From the NCBI GenBank assembly GCA_964016885.1, contig OZ024742.1, forward strand, positions 346,270,001 to 346,334,000: a stretch of 64,000 nucleotides of DNA. The letters are read 5' to 3'. Positions 40,945-55,644 of the stretch are shown here, one piece after another (position 1 is the first letter of the stretch; every line of letters begins with the position of its first letter). Under the pieces are notes generated by a model. That model did not search any database. It was not told the origin of the DNA and worked only from the letters and a program-made list of their open reading frames with translations. This DNA comes from Eledone cirrhosa (Eukaryota). The position numbers were made by a program, and so were the translations under genes.

Positions 40945-42080
40945 TAATAATAATAATTCAAGAAATAAGAGCAACATGGTTGGCTGTACAATAAGGGATT
41001 TATTCACAGTGCTGACAATTGTTTCGTTGATCTGGTCGGTCAAGAGCTCGCTAATCGCTTGGTGTTGCCTCACTCGATCTCCAATACTTTGTTTACAACC
41101 AGTCAATACATCAGAGCGTGTGGATATGAGGATTATATGCAAGGCATGGCTTTTATAAGAGTTGGTGTTAGACCAGAACAATAACATCAGTAACAAACTA
41201 ACTAGATAATGAATAATTAAAACAATAACATCAATACAAGTAAGAAATAGAATATAATGATAAAACAAGCATAGTAAACAAACAGATATGATACAGATGT
41301 GTTAAGTGACATGCGAAATCTACCATAGGGTACATTAGAGTTAGTAGTCAAGGTATGAATTAACTAAGATGAAGGGATAAATAATAAAAAGTACTTAAAA
41401 TCAAATTTTGGGATCTACATTTTAAGTGCAATTATGAGAGATTTATATACAAGTGAGCTGTGGGTCTGACATCCTACCAAAAATAAAACGGAGATTGATT
41501 TATGGTTTGACAGATAAGCGCTTGTGTTAGGTATTTTCTCTTGTTGTATCAACTTAGTGAGATTGATGGAGGTAGTATACAGAGATTTATGGTTTATTGG
41601 TAGCTGGTATTAAGTGGAATTGTGGATTCAGTATGTTATTCTAAATTTTGGGATTGCTAGTTCGAATCATGGGGGTTTAGTTTTCGCAACATCAATAATC
41701 AAATAGTGTATAATTAAGACAATAACATCAACAATAAAACATGCATGGTAAATAGATAGAGAACATGATGAATAAATTTAGGGATAGGGTGCATTGAGAT
41801 GATAATAATAATAATGCGAGTTTCAAAGGAGTGTAAGACTAATAAGATAATCTTATTACTACACCACTCTCTTATAAAAGCCATGCCTTGCATATCATCT
41901 TCATATCCACGCACTCTGATGTTTTGACTGGTTGTAAACAAAGTATTGGAGATCGATTGAGGCATTAACAAGCGATTAGCGAGCTCTAGACCGACCAGAT
42001 CAACGAAACAATTGTCAGCACGGTGAATAAAGCCCTTATTATACAGCCAACCATGTTACTCTTATTTCTTGAATTATTAT
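40945..42080. repeat. Diverged inverted repeat arms (about 40945-41160 and 41870-42080) between (TA)n tracts
   Basis: Reverse-complement similarity visible by eye. Confidence 0.75.
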
Positions 42081-42478
42081 ATATATATATATATATATAG
42101 ACAGTTCAAGAGTAAACTAATCTTAAATAGAGAGATAGAAGTAGGATAGGAGAGATTGGTGACGGTATTAGAAGCCAAAGCTTAAAAGCGGGTGTTCGAT
42201 GTGCAATATGCACTGAAAAGCAGTTGGAAAACTGGATTCATGGTGGGGTTAGGTGTACAGAGCTGGAAATATTCAGAAGTTAAGCAAATCAAGACCACAA
42301 ATTCACATAGATATAGTAATAATCTCATTATCTTTCCCCAAGTTCCGAAGATCTGCTCCATAATATTATTCTATGTTACTTATATTTCTCTGCACCAAAT
42401 CAATAACTTTCTTACCATCGATTGATCCAGAAACATTATATAGTATACATTTATAAATATATAAATAAATACATGTAT

Positions 42479-42549
<71 letters not shown>

Positions 42550-42550
<1 letters not shown>

Positions 42551-42942
42551 GAGGTTAATCCCAAAAGTAAGGTCTCCAAAGCGATGGGGACGCAGAGAAA
42601 CTGTTCGTACGGCTGTTGACAACACTGTTGTGATTGGTGCTTCGTTCATTCCCAAACAAGCACGCGCGCGCTTTGCTTGGATGCTCAATCGTGGCTTGGC
42701 AGCCGAAGAGAATGGCGCTCCCGTTGAACGCTACCGCCAAGTGCGAATTTCGCCCAGTTATTATATAGAGGGCAATCCCAAAAGTAAGGTCTCCTTCCGA
42801 GGAAAACATGTGTAAAGATCGGCGGATCACTCTGGATACTCTCTGCATTTTGGTTCCTGAGGTTTCCCGAAGCACCATCCACAGGATTTTAACGGTAAAG
42901 TTGCAATATCGGAAAGAGACCTTACTTTTGGGATTGCCCTCG
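42550..42942. mobile_element. Tc1/mariner-type MITE in (TA)n, with a third internal TIR copy
   Basis: TIR CGAGG(GC/TT)AATCCCAAAAGTAAGGTCTC at both ends and at 42768; TA flanks. Confidence 0.88.
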
Positions 42943-42958
42943 TATATATATATATAAA

Positions 42959-42999
<41 letters not shown>

Positions 43000-43018
<19 letters not shown>

Positions 43019-46000
43019 TATACACACATACACATACACATATACGCATATACATATTCGCATATACATATATACGCACATACACACAAACATACACATA
43101 CATACATACGGCCACTCATACAAATACGTACATACATAAACTTATAAATATAGACATATACACACATATATACAGTATAAAGATTAAGTACGCTCTACAT
43201 GCGGAAAGAGCAGATAAGTAAGAAGTACTTACATAACCATAGTGCCGTGTTTCGGGTAGAGAGGGGGTAGGGGTAGGGTGGGAAGGAGGTGGAGGGGGTA
43301 TTTTGTCGAGTGGGTTTTTTTTTTTAAAAAGGGAAATCTATTTTAGCCATCTGGCATCAACACTGGCTTAAGGTATTTGAAAGTTGAAAAGTTTTTGTGC
43401 ATGCAATTCGGGCAGTATTCAGAGAGTTTGTTCAGTAGCGGGCCTTGGCAAATAATATTTCGTAGCTCTCTGAGATACAAAGGTCGCAGCACTTGTGTCC
43501 TCCCTTATATGAGCGCGCTTTCTGGAGTATTTTCCATTTAAGCTTGAAGGGGGTGGGGTGGAGTTCCTTTTGAGGTCCCCGACATAGGAGGCGATTGTTG
43601 TTTGATTTGATTTGTCCCGTCTTCTGAAAGAGTGGGTATGGGCAAACCACCGGGACTTAAAATTAATGGAAGTCATGCCGATGTAAATCTTTTTGTTGTT
43701 GCTGTCATCAGTGCCTGAGATGACATCACATTTGTATACGATGTCATTTGTCAGGCATTTGTTTTCAAGTGGGCAGGCTTCCTTATTTAGGCAGTTGCAC
43801 AAGGTTTCAGTCAAGGGATTGGGTTCGGAGGTAGTTGGCTTATTTAATTTTTTAGAATTGAGATTGGCTATATTCCTAGCTAGGTTAGGTGTATTGGAGT
43901 AGAAGAGTCTTTTTGTGGTCTTATTAAAGATGGTGTAGTACCTATGTTGTATGGGGAAGTGTGTGATCAGCAAAGTGAATAAAGTCCTAGCTATAGGTGT
44001 AGAGCCCTCTCTATTGAAGGGGGGGGGGTGTACCAACTAATCTGCCTATGTCTATTCGTCCAAGGTAGTCTTGCGGTAGTTTCTAGGTAAGTTATCTTTT
44101 CTTTAAATCCGCTGCGGGTGAGGGCGTCATTGTAGTAGGAGGCAGAGGCGTCAAATATATCTTTATTGGCCGAGAGACGGAGATTCTAATTGAGACGCTT
44201 TTTACTAAGTTATCTGTGATGTTTTGGGGGTGGTTAGAATTAACATTAATATATCTAAGAGACTTGTTAGGTTTGTGGTGCGCGTAAGAGAGGAAAGTAT
44301 CTAGGTCGAGAGTGACATCTAAAAAGTTGGCCCTAGTCATATTAGTTTCTATGGTTATAATAAATCCTAGATTACGGAAGAACAAGCTTAAGTTTCTTCG
44401 AAACCAATCAGTGGTTCTGGGGTTAACCACTTGTGCAAGGCGAAGAGGCCGTCGTCTCGGTATAATCCTCCGATGAGGCCAGTAAAGAGGTTCTTCAGGT
44501 GATATAAAATGTACGGGCCCACGAGGTCGCTTATTTCAGCCGAATCACTCGCTCCCATGCTGACGTCAAAGGGGGTCTGAAACTTCTTGTTAATCCAGTA
44601 AGATCACTTGTGGTGTAGGAAGGTCTTACGGGCGTGGAGGATTACATCTTGCTCAGCGTCGGTTATGGTGGTACCATTCCTGGCAAAAGTAAGTGCGTCC
44701 TTCAGGAGGGGCTCTGAGATAGAAGCATAGTAGTCTTCTATGTAGAGTTGCAGGAAGCGAATGTGGCGTTTGTCGGGCAATTCTTGGAACCAAGAGATTG
44801 CCTCTGATGTTCTTCTCCAGAGTGGGAGTGGTGAGGCAGCCCGCAATGATGGTAGAAATCTATCGAGGATCTTTTTGCTGATAGAGCCCATGTCCGAACG
44901 TGTGGGGTTGATAAGTCTGACTGATGGTTTGTTGTGGAAGTTTCCCTTGTGGTCCTTCAGGGTAAAATGCGGGATCTTTATCCTTAAAGGTTCCGTCCGG
45001 TCGTGTAGTTTAAAGGACTTGGCGATTTCTTTTCCGGTCGCAATTGTCTACCTTTTTGTAGGTAGTCGTGATGGCATTTTTTGCCAGCTTATTATAGGTC
45101 GGTGGGTCTACCTCATAAACGTTTTTGGTTTTATCGGGGGAGACATGGCGATTGGGCGAAATTTTTATATTCCGTATTTCAGTATTTAAGTAGGCCTGGA
45201 ATGGTGTGTTGGCCCTACAATATTTAATATATTTGATCATCTTGAAGAGGTCTTCCTCAAAAGGTTCAAGTAGGCTGTTGGTGGGTGGTGCCTTATTCGT
45301 TTTGAAACCGAACTACGCATCATTGGTAGATGCTACATCGGGGTTGTCGAGGAGGAATGCTCTCCATCTAATTCGCTTGATGAACTCGTCTGTACGTCTG
45401 ATTAGTGTTTTTAGGTAAAGTTTCCTTCAAGGGATCGGGATGTTCTTCATGGAGACATCAAGGTCGAGTTTGGTCAGCATAGTTTCTTGGTGATGGTTAT
45501 GAGGAGCACTAGGAGTGCTAAAAGATAAGTTATTCTGGGTTGAATCGGAGGTAACCACAGTAGGTAAGGTACTCAATACATAGCAGAGTATAAATGTTTT
45601 AAAATAGAAGAGCTTATACAGGACTAGAACTGTTTCATTCGTAAGAAATTATCATGAAGCTGGCTGACAAGTAAGTGGTGGTATTTATATCTTTTCTTTT
45701 CTGGTGGTAGGAGAGGGCGGGGGTTGGGATGGGTGGAGGTCATTGGTTGGAGGTCATTGGTTGGATGTCATTGGTTGATGAATTTAAAGAAAAGGGAGTT
45801 CATTAAAAGCTAATTCTTTAAAGCTATAATAATAACAAAGGCAGAAAGAATAATGTAAACAGGTTCCAATTTGGAATACCAATCCTAGTTTATCACTTAG
45901 ACTAACAATGCCTGTAAGACAGGTGTCTACGGGATGGGTGGGGTTCATTGGTTTAAAGAAAAGGGAAATTCTTTAGAAGCTAATTTTTAAGGCTGAAATA

Positions 46001-46293
46001 GGGTGACAAAGGCAGAAAGGGTTCTATAAACAGATTCAAGTGTTGGTGTGCTTCTCCTTATTGTGAAGTTTCTCTTAATATATATTCCAGGTGTCGACAA
46101 GCACATTCACACACTCGCCCACTTACACACATACACGCACATACACGCACACACAGGCAGACACACACACAACAAACATACATATAGGTACATACACACA
46201 CACATATATACATATATATATATATGTGTACATACATACGTTTACATAAATACACATATATATACATACATATACACATATATATATACACAT

Positions 46294-46326
<33 letters not shown>

Positions 46327-46426
46327 TATACATACATATACACAAACACAAACACATATATACAGATATATACACATACCCACATACATACATATACATA
46401 CACACACACACACATATATATATATA

Positions 46427-46481
<55 letters not shown>

Positions 46482-46620
46482 GATATTAATAAATGGAAAC
46501 TATATTTATAAAACCATATTTATTTCATTATATATATTTCAAGGATACCAAGTTACATTATGGTATGCCTTCATCAGACAAAATACAATATATAACAGTT
46601 TTATAAATAGACATTGACGT
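43000..46620 (-). mobile_element. Naiad-like Penelope element; decayed ORF about 43419-45480 (RT + GIY-YIG) with a long 5' pLTR
   Basis: MGASDSAEI, GGLYRDDGL, FLDVTLDL, SNHP, CNCLNKEACPLENKC, VYKC..IYIG, CDLC. Confidence 0.9.
46522..46584 (-). ncRNA. Type I hammerhead in the PLE pLTR; mutated copy at 49828-49887 (+)
   Basis: AUUUUGU-CUGAUGA-AGGCAUACCA..UGGUAUCCUU-GAA-AUAUAUAU-A-AUGAAAU. Confidence 0.78.
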
Positions 46621-46958
46621 ACCCCTTTTAAAAATTGACCGTTGTATTTGGAGGCCATCAGGATAGTGATTTGTTTACTTTAGTAAGTCATAGTGTTAAG
46701 AGTAAGTAAAAAGATGGAGAGAGTGAGAGAAACATGGAGAAACGAAAGGGAGAGGTAGATAAAGAAAAAGAAGAAAACAAAAAGAAAAGAGAACAGAGGA
46801 AAAATAACGGGGAGATATCAAACCATCTGACAGAGAAAAAAATTCAGAGAGAGACATATAGAGATAGAGAGAGGGGAGAGAGAGCGAAAGCCTTGAGTGC
46901 TTTATATCAGTTATAAAAATATTTGCTTGTTGTATCCCAACAATTTAAATAAAACTTT

Positions 46959-47085
<127 letters not shown>

Positions 47086-47236
47086 ACACGGGTGTGTATG
47101 ATTGTGTATAGAAGATTATATTAATAAGAGGAATTCCAACTTTGTCTGATTTACTCGTTTTATTTACAATCCTTTAAAATTTATAATGATATTATAATGA
47201 AATAGTATGATAGAATATTAAATTCTAAGTGTTAAT

Positions 47237-47275
47237 TGAACAAGTACTTTCATGCTTTCGCAATCTTCAGGTTCA
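47237..47275 (-). ncRNA. Minimal hammerhead in the 3' pLTR of the Neptune-like PLE
   Basis: UGAAC-CUGAAGA-uUGC gaaa GCAu-GAA-AGUACU-U-GUUCA. Confidence 0.85.
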
Positions 47276-47684
47276 TAATATGTGGTGACAGTCAAGTTTG
47301 CAATTTTCAACTGTAATAAGATGGGTAAATTTTCTACCTTTTATACATTTTATACAGGGAAAAGTGGCTCCAGAATGCTAAGTCTTGCAAACTGTATTTC
47401 GACCAATCAGTGTGTAGTTTCACTGAATTACTAAAGCTGATTGGTTTAAGCGTCACGGCTGGTTGAGCATATCTAACGACCAATAATTAATCATATCCAA
47501 AGCATCAATTGTTTTGCTATTTTTAGAAATGATGAAAATAGCATTTTCTATTAATTATCACCATCAACATCACTTTTATTATTATTATTATTGTTGTTGT
47601 TGTTGTTTTTGTTGTTGTTGTTCTTGTTGTTGTTGTTAGTGGTCGTAGTCATAGTGATAGTAGAAGTAATACCCCTAAGCGTTA

Positions 47685-49030
47685 TTATTGTTCATTTAGC
47701 TTGGGTTTGAATTTATCAATAAAATTCTTTTCTTTGATTTTTCTCTTGATTTCACTTGGGCTGTGTAATTTGTAGAATGGGAATATTATAAATATTCCCT
47801 GACCACATGTTGCTAGATGGTTACATAGGGGTATCTGACGGACATTTGGATCTCTGATTTGTTGACGGTGTACCCGTGCACGTTCCGATAGTGCATTTCC
47901 AGTTTGACCGACATATAGTTCTTCACAATTCGGGCATTTAATGCAGTAAATTAGATTTCTGCTTTTGCAGTTCATATTTGCATTTGGGAATATTTTTCTA
48001 GTTTTTGTTTTCATATATTGACCGGCGTGTATGGATTGACATGTGCCGCATCGACTATCATTGCATTTAGATAATGTGAATGATTGGTCTTTGTTGTTAA
48101 GGTCAAACTTTGCTTTTGTTAGTAATTGCTTCAAATTTTTTGGCTGTCTTTTGCTAAGAGTCAAAGATCGATCTGTGATTAAGCCTTTTAATTCATTACT
48201 TTGAGCAATGATCGGTAGGTTTGCTTTGGCAGTGTTGAAGATATTCTGGTGACATGGGTTGTGTGTCATTATAAATGGTATGACCAGTTCTTGGTTTCTT
48301 CTTCCTTGGGTTGTCCTAAGTTGTTGTATAGGTATTTTTATAGCCCGCTGTATGCCATTTTCTATAAGTAGAGATGGGTATTTTTGTTTGAGCAAAAATT
48401 CTCTTAGTTCTGTTAGGCGTTTGTACCTGGTATTCGTATCTTCTACAATGGTACAAATTCTTCTGGCTAGGCAGTATGGGATGTTGCGTTTTGTATGAGG
48501 TGGATGGCACGACTTAAAATTCAGATATTGATGGGTATCTGTGTGTTTATAATATATATCCGTGGTAATGGTGGTGTCGTTTTTGATTATCATTATATCT
48601 AGGAATGGTAATTTGGTCCTACTCATCTCTTTTGTGAATTGGAAAGATGGGTGTAGGTTATTCAGGAGGATATTGAACTCATCCAGAGTATCTAGAGATT
48701 CTGTCCAGATGATGAAACAGTCGTCAAGGTATCTCTTCCAAAATTTTTCAATGTACTTTCTAAAGTCAGTACTATATTTTTCCTCTATTTCTTGGTAGAG
48801 TTGTTGTTCTAAGTATCCCATTACAGAGTTCGCGTAAACGGGAGCAAACTTCGTTCCCATCGCTGTGCCTCTAATTTGGATGTAATTCTTTCCATTGAAG
48901 AAGAAAGTGTTGTTTTCCAGAATAAGTTTAACTGCGTCTAATATAAATGGCGCTGTGAATCTGATGGGAATCACTTCTCTATGTTTTTCCACCCAGTATT
49001 TAACCGCCTTTATTCCTAAATCATGTGTAA
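47685..49030 (-). CDS. Penelope-like (Neptune-type) RT plus GIY-YIG endonuclease; 5'-truncated but with an open frame
   Basis: GTAMGTKFAP, WKRYLDDCF, LPFLDI, SCHP, CNDSRCGTC linker, NLIYCIKCPNC..YVGQT. Confidence 0.92.
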
Positions 49031-49038
49031 TATTGGTG

Positions 49039-49078
<40 letters not shown>

Positions 49079-49085
49079 CACACAT

Positions 49086-49920
49086 ACATATACATATACA
49101 CATGCGTGCAGGAGACCGGACAAATCAAATCAGACAACACTCGCCTCCTATGTCTGGGACCTAAAAAGGAACTCCCCACCTTCAAGCTTAAATGGAAAAT
49201 ACTCCGGAAAGCGCGCTCATATAAGGGAGGAAAAAGTGTTGCGACCTTTGTATCTCAGAGAGTTACGAAATATTATTTGCCAAGGGCCTGCTACTGAACA
49301 AACTCTCTCAATACTGCCCGAATTGCATGCACAAAAACTTTGCAACTTTCAAATCCCTTAAGCCAGTGTTGATACCAGATGGCTAAAAAATATTTCCTTT
49401 TTTTTTTTTAAAAACCCACTCGACAAAGTACCACCTCCACCTCCTTCCCACCCTACCCCTACCCCCTCTCGACCCGAAACACGACACTATGGTTATGTAA
49501 GTACTTCTTACCTATCTGTTCTTTCCGCATGCAGAGCGTACTTAATCTTTATACTGTATATGTGTGTGTATATGCGTATATTTATGAGTGTATGTATGTA
49601 CGTATTTGTATGAGTGGCCGTATGTATGTGTATGTCTGTGTATGTGCGTATATATGTATATGCGTATATGTATATGCGTATATGTGCATGTATGTGTATG
49701 TGTGTATATGTATATATATATTTATAAGCAAAAGGGATATTCAATTTGTTGGTAATTCAACAAATATAAATGATTATAACTGAGGTATGTTCCTTGGCTA
49801 TGTCAACATTTATAAAACACACTTTGTATTTTATCTGATTAAAGCGTACCAAAGTTTTTGGTACCCTTGAAATATATATAATAGAATAAATATGGTTCTA
49901 TAAATATAGTTTCCATTTAT

Positions 49921-49925
<5 letters not shown>
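49086..49925 (+). mobile_element. 3' fragment and pLTR of the Naiad-like family at 43000-46620
   Basis: Matches the reverse complements of 43000-43625 and 46490-46610. Confidence 0.85.
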
Positions 49926-49983
<58 letters not shown>

Positions 49984-50074
49984 ATGTATGTATGTATGTA
50001 TATATACATATATATATCTTTATACATATATATGTATGTGTGTGTGTATATATGGATTTATTTATATATGTATT

Positions 50075-50172
<98 letters not shown>

Positions 50173-50279
50173 TGTATGTGTGTATATATATATATATGTG
50201 TGTGTGTGTGTATGTGTATATGAATGTATGTATATATGAGTGTGTGTATCTGTGTATATGTATTGTATGTATGTATATG

Positions 50280-50333
<54 letters not shown>

Positions 50334-50473
50334 CGTGTGTATATATGTATGTATATGTGTACGTATGAATGTGTGTGTGCGTGTGTGTGTGTATATATAA
50401 ATATATATATGTGTGTGTGTATGTTTGTGTACGTATGTATATGTATGTATACGTATGTAGGAACGTATAGGTG

Positions 50474-50507
<34 letters not shown>

Positions 50508-50716
50508 CATGTGTGTGTGTGTGTATGTCTATATATGTATATGTATATATGTATATGTATATATATATGTATATATGTATATGTATATATATATATATGT
50601 ATATATATATAAATATATATATATGTGTGTGTATGTATATGTATGTATATATATATTATATATACATATATATATATATGTATGTATATATCTGTATTTA
50701 TATATGTATATATATG

Positions 50717-50788
<72 letters not shown>

Positions 50789-50850
50789 TATATGTATGTA
50801 TGTATATATATATTTGTGTATATATGTATATATATATATATATATATATA
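49925..50850. repeat. Compound (TA)n/(TG)n microsatellite field
   Basis: Seen directly. Confidence 0.95.
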
Positions 50851-53730
50851 CGATAGTAATAATAATAAATTTGAAGACTAAAATCGAAAGAGGGCTCGAT
50901 AAGGATAAATATATATCAAATATATAAGAACCGTAGGGCAAATATGTATTAAAATAAAAGATTAAAGTTTAAGCAAAGAATCGCTGCTTTCACCCTTAAC
51001 GGGATCTTCTGAAACTAACAAAGTCAATCTGTAAACGCAGAAGTGGATATTTCAAAAAGCATTGCAACCGGAGGAAGACAGGAAGACGATACTTTGGTTC
51101 GTGGAAACGTTCCCTGGCAAAGAACGGGAAAAACGAATATAATACGTCATTAATAGGAGCGGTGAAAACTAATTACGCGCAAAGACAGAACCACGTTTAT
51201 GGTATAAAAGAGGTCGTAGACTAATGTTCTCTTAGGTGGTTCATAGAGACGTTCTCTGGCAACGAACGAAAAAAACGAAGATAATACGTCATATGTGGAT
51301 CGTGGAGAACAATTGCACGCAAAGATAAAACCACGTAGATGGTATAGCAGAAGTCGTAGACTAAAATTCTAACTAGGAGACCGAATGAATCTCCGCTTCA
51401 GAGTTAAGAATAAAGTAAATAAATACAATACAGAGTAATAGAAATTAAATAAATACATACACGCATACAAAACGTACATACAGAAGCATACGCGAAAACA
51501 CTTACCATAGGTATACAAAACCACGCACATATAAATGTGTGTGTGTGCGTGTATACAAATAAATAATTAAATAAACGTATATAAATAAATAAATACGTAT
51601 ATAACAAGCGCACACACATACCTACATGTAAATACACAAATGTTCGGAGACGTAAGTCAACCAAAACATGAAGTACACATATACACACACCCTACATGCG
51701 TACGAACCTGCATACTCACATAGATGCAAAACTCCCGTATACACATAACCAAACCATATGTACCAGAATATATAAAATAAAATTATACGCCATAACATAT
51801 ACAATCAAATATACGTACGAGAAAGTATACGTACTTTCACAAAACATACAGGTAATATATACTTACCTATGCAAATAAGTAATGGTATAAACCATACAAA
51901 TACTTAGCTCCCACATCAAGACGTAAAATATCCACGTATAGATCGTACTATCCGTTAGGGTATAACGTGGGGCTGTAATACAGGAAAGTTTTGTGCAATT
52001 TATGTTTACAAGCCGAAATTGCCTCAGATTTTTTGTTTAAGATGTGGTCTGTGGCGTAGAGTATTTCCAGGGCCTCAGCGGCGCAGAGGTCACATGGTCT
52101 TTTATTTCCGTTATACGATGTAGCCCTAGCTAGGATCTCCCAGTGTAACTTATATTGGGTGTGGTTGTCTTTTAGACTCCAGATATAAGCTGAAAGTGAC
52201 GTCATATTCCTTCTTAGAGGGTAACGAAAAGAATGGGTATGCATGTAAAGACGCTGCTTGAATCTATTGGTGGTTAACCCTACGTAGGCCCTACGGGACG
52301 TGGGTGTTTCAACCTTACATTTGTAGACAATGTTACTAGAGAGGCATTTCCCAGATAGGGGGCAATCAACCCGATTCCTACAATTACAGTTAGTACTAAT
52401 TACAGGGTTGCACGTGTTCATACGGCTAGGTAGTTTAGCTAAATTTGAAGCTGTGATGTTATGTGCAAGGTTAGGAGTCGTAGAGTAAGAAATTTTAATA
52501 GTATTTCTATTAAAAATGTTACTATGTTTATGTGTAGGGGGAAAATGCTTCGTAATAAGGGAAAGAAAGATCTTAGCTATTGGTTTGGCCACCTCCATAT
52601 TATATGGTGGGTTATACCAACAAATGTGACAGGACCTATTTCTTCTACGTCTATTTTCGTACTCTGTATATGCTACCTTATCGACAAATCCACTCCGAGT
52701 AATATGCTCGTTAGTAGATAGACGGGAAAGCCTCAACGAAACGTTTCTTACCAGGTTCTTGGTTATGCTGGCAGGATGGTTGGAATGCTTACTTATGTAA
52801 TTAAGCGTACCATTCGGCTTTCTATACGGGTAATACAACCCATTCGATAAATTGAGGGTAACATCGAGGTAATTAACGACCGAGAGATTGGCCTCAACCT
52901 GTATAGAGAGGTTGAAGCCTTTAAAGAAGGCTGTGAGTTCTTTTCTGAACCTGTAGCAAGCACGAGGTCCGCACTTAGTCATGGTCAAAAGACCATCATC
53001 ACGATACAAACCACCGCCCGCGTTGGGGAATACGTCCTTGATAGAGAAAAGAAGGAAAAGGCGAATAAGATCAGTAACCTCCGCAGAATCGCTGGCGCCC
53101 ATACTCACGTCGAATGGGGTACTATTGGATTTTTTAATCCAAATAGAGTCGTCGAAATTAATCACCGACTTACGGGCATTGAGGATGACATCAACTTCGA
53201 AATCCTTAACCACTGTGAGTGTTTTAGCGAAATTGATAGCTCTAAGAAGAAGTGGTAAAGTGATGGAGGAGTAGTAATTGTTGATGTCGAATTGGATAAA
53301 ACGGCAATGTTCCTTGTTACCTATGCCGTTGAAACAATCAGTCACCGCGAAAGAATTGTTCCACAGTGCAAGAGGGGCCAAACTTCTAATTTCAGGTATA
53401 ATTCTATTAAGAATCGTTTTACTTAGACTACCTAAATCGGACTTCGTAGGGTTAATAAGCCGAATAGAGGGGTTGTTCGGAAAATTGGATTTGTGATCCT
53501 TCAGGGAAAAGTGGGGAGAAATAGGGTCCAGAGGTTCGGTCCGGTCCAGGATGTTGAGATCAGATGTGATTTTAAACCCAGCATCGTTGATTTCATTGAT
53601 GACGCACCGATTAGTTTTACGTTAATCCTTAGTTACAGCATTATGTAGTAGTTGATGGTAAGTACTGCGCTCCACCTGATATAGGTTGCCAGTTTTGTCG
53701 GAATGGACGTGCACGTCATAAGAATCCCTA
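50850..53730 (-). mobile_element. Second Naiad-like PLE; RT+GIY-YIG frame open 51948 to about 53620; 3' pLTR with a degenerate HHR (50966-51016) and a duplication of about 143 bp
   Basis: FDINNYYSSI, MGASDSAEV, GLYRDDGL, WYNPPY, CNCRNRVDCPLSGKC, YVGLT, CDLC. Confidence 0.92.
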
Positions 53731-53901
53731 TATATATATATATATTTATAGTAATAATAATAAATTTGAAGACTAAAATCCAAAGATATTAAGGGTGAAA
53801 GCAGCGATTCTCTGCGTAAACTTTAATCTGTTATTTTAATATATATATATATATATACATTTATATATGTATGTGGGGTATGTGTATGTAAATGTGATGT
53901 G

Positions 53902-53950
<49 letters not shown>

Positions 53951-54112
53951 TTAAGGATACTATTTATGGTTATGTATATACTAAAACCTTTTATAGTTAT
54001 ATATATTTTATACCCTAAATAGTGAAAGACAGTAATTTATTACTATCTTATTACCAGTAAGATAAATAGCTCAATGTAACAACATCAGTTGTTTTACAGA
54101 GCAGTTATATAG

Positions 54113-54745
54113 AGATTACATGAATCAAAGTTCTGTTTAAATCATTTATTTGCTTACAATTGTTTCTCCCAAACCGAGGTTTGGAGTCTTCGGAGCAATT
54201 ATTCAGTGATTTTTTACCATACTTGACCTCCTTTTCAACACAAGAGACATATAGAAACATATGTATATATTGACCCACAGTGGGTTGACATCCATTATAA
54301 TAATATAGCATGGTAATTTACATACAAAGATTACAGTCATATTAAAGGACAAAATTAAAGTTAAAATTAAAATTAAAATTAAAATAAAACATTGGCAGTT
54401 TACTAAGATAAAGCAAAAGGAAAGTTTAGAGTAGCCAGTGTATGCAACATTCACACGTGTGGCATGCACGCGTGTCCTATTTATACAAGATTATAGTGCG
54501 GCAGATTGTTACATGTAAAACAAGCAGTCAAAGCAGGCAATTAAGAGCATCATGGGGGCTGTATTGGTAAAGCATTATTCACACACACCTGTACGATATA
54601 GAAGCCCGTGTGTAGAGAAACACTAAAAATATCAAGTATGTTAAAAATCACTGAATAATTGCTCCGAAGACTCTAAACCTCGGTTTCGAAGAAACAATTG
54701 TAAGCAAATAAAAGATTTAAACAGAACTTTGATTCATGTAATCTA
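54113..54745. mobile_element. Head-to-head inverted element with U4C hammerhead motifs (54150-54198 -, 54659-54707 +)
   Basis: UUGCU-CCGAAGA-stem II-GAA-ACAAUUGU-A-AGCAA in both arms. Confidence 0.75.
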
Positions 54746-54776
<31 letters not shown>

Positions 54777-54793
54777 ATATATATATGTATATA

Positions 54794-54914
<121 letters not shown>

Positions 54915-54989
54915 ATATGTATGTATATATGTGCGTGTATTTATGTATACATATGTATGTACATATATATACACATATATACATATATA

Positions 54990-55577
54990 TATATATGTAT
55001 ATATGTCTGTCTGTATGTTGTACCTATATGTATGTTTGTTATGTGTGTGTGCCTGCCTGTGTGTGCGTGTATGTGCGTGTACGTGTGTAAGTCGGTGCGT
55101 GTGTGAATGTGCCTGCCGACACCTGGAATACATATTAAGAGAAACTTCACAATAATGGGAAGCACCCCAACACTTGAATCTGTTTATAGAACCCTTTCTG
55201 CCTTTGTCACCCTTATTTCAGCCTTAAAGAATTAGCTTCTAAAGAATTTCCCTTTTCTTTAAACCATTGAACCCACCCATCCTGTAGACACCTGTCTTAC
55301 AGGCATTGTTAGTCGAAGTGATAAACTAGGATTGGTATTCCAAATTTGAATTTATTTTCAGTATTCTTTGTGCCTTTGTCAATATTATAGCTTTGACGAA
55401 TTAGCTTTTAATGAACTCCCTTTTCTTTAAATCCATCAACCAATGACCTCCACCCACACCAATCCCCACCCTCTCCCACCACCAGAAAAGAAAATATATA
55501 AATACCAACACTTACTTGGAAAACCAGCTTCCTGATGATTTCTCACGAATGAAACAGTTCTAGTCGTGTAGAAGCTC

Positions 55578-55582
<5 letters not shown>
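54990..55582 (+). mobile_element. Solo pLTR of the Naiad-like family with an intact-core hammerhead at 55526-55576
   Basis: Reverse complement of about 45605-46200; AGCUUC-CUGAUGA-uUUC ucac GAAu-GAAAC...GUA-GAAGCU. Confidence 0.85.
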
Positions 55583-55644
<62 letters not shown>

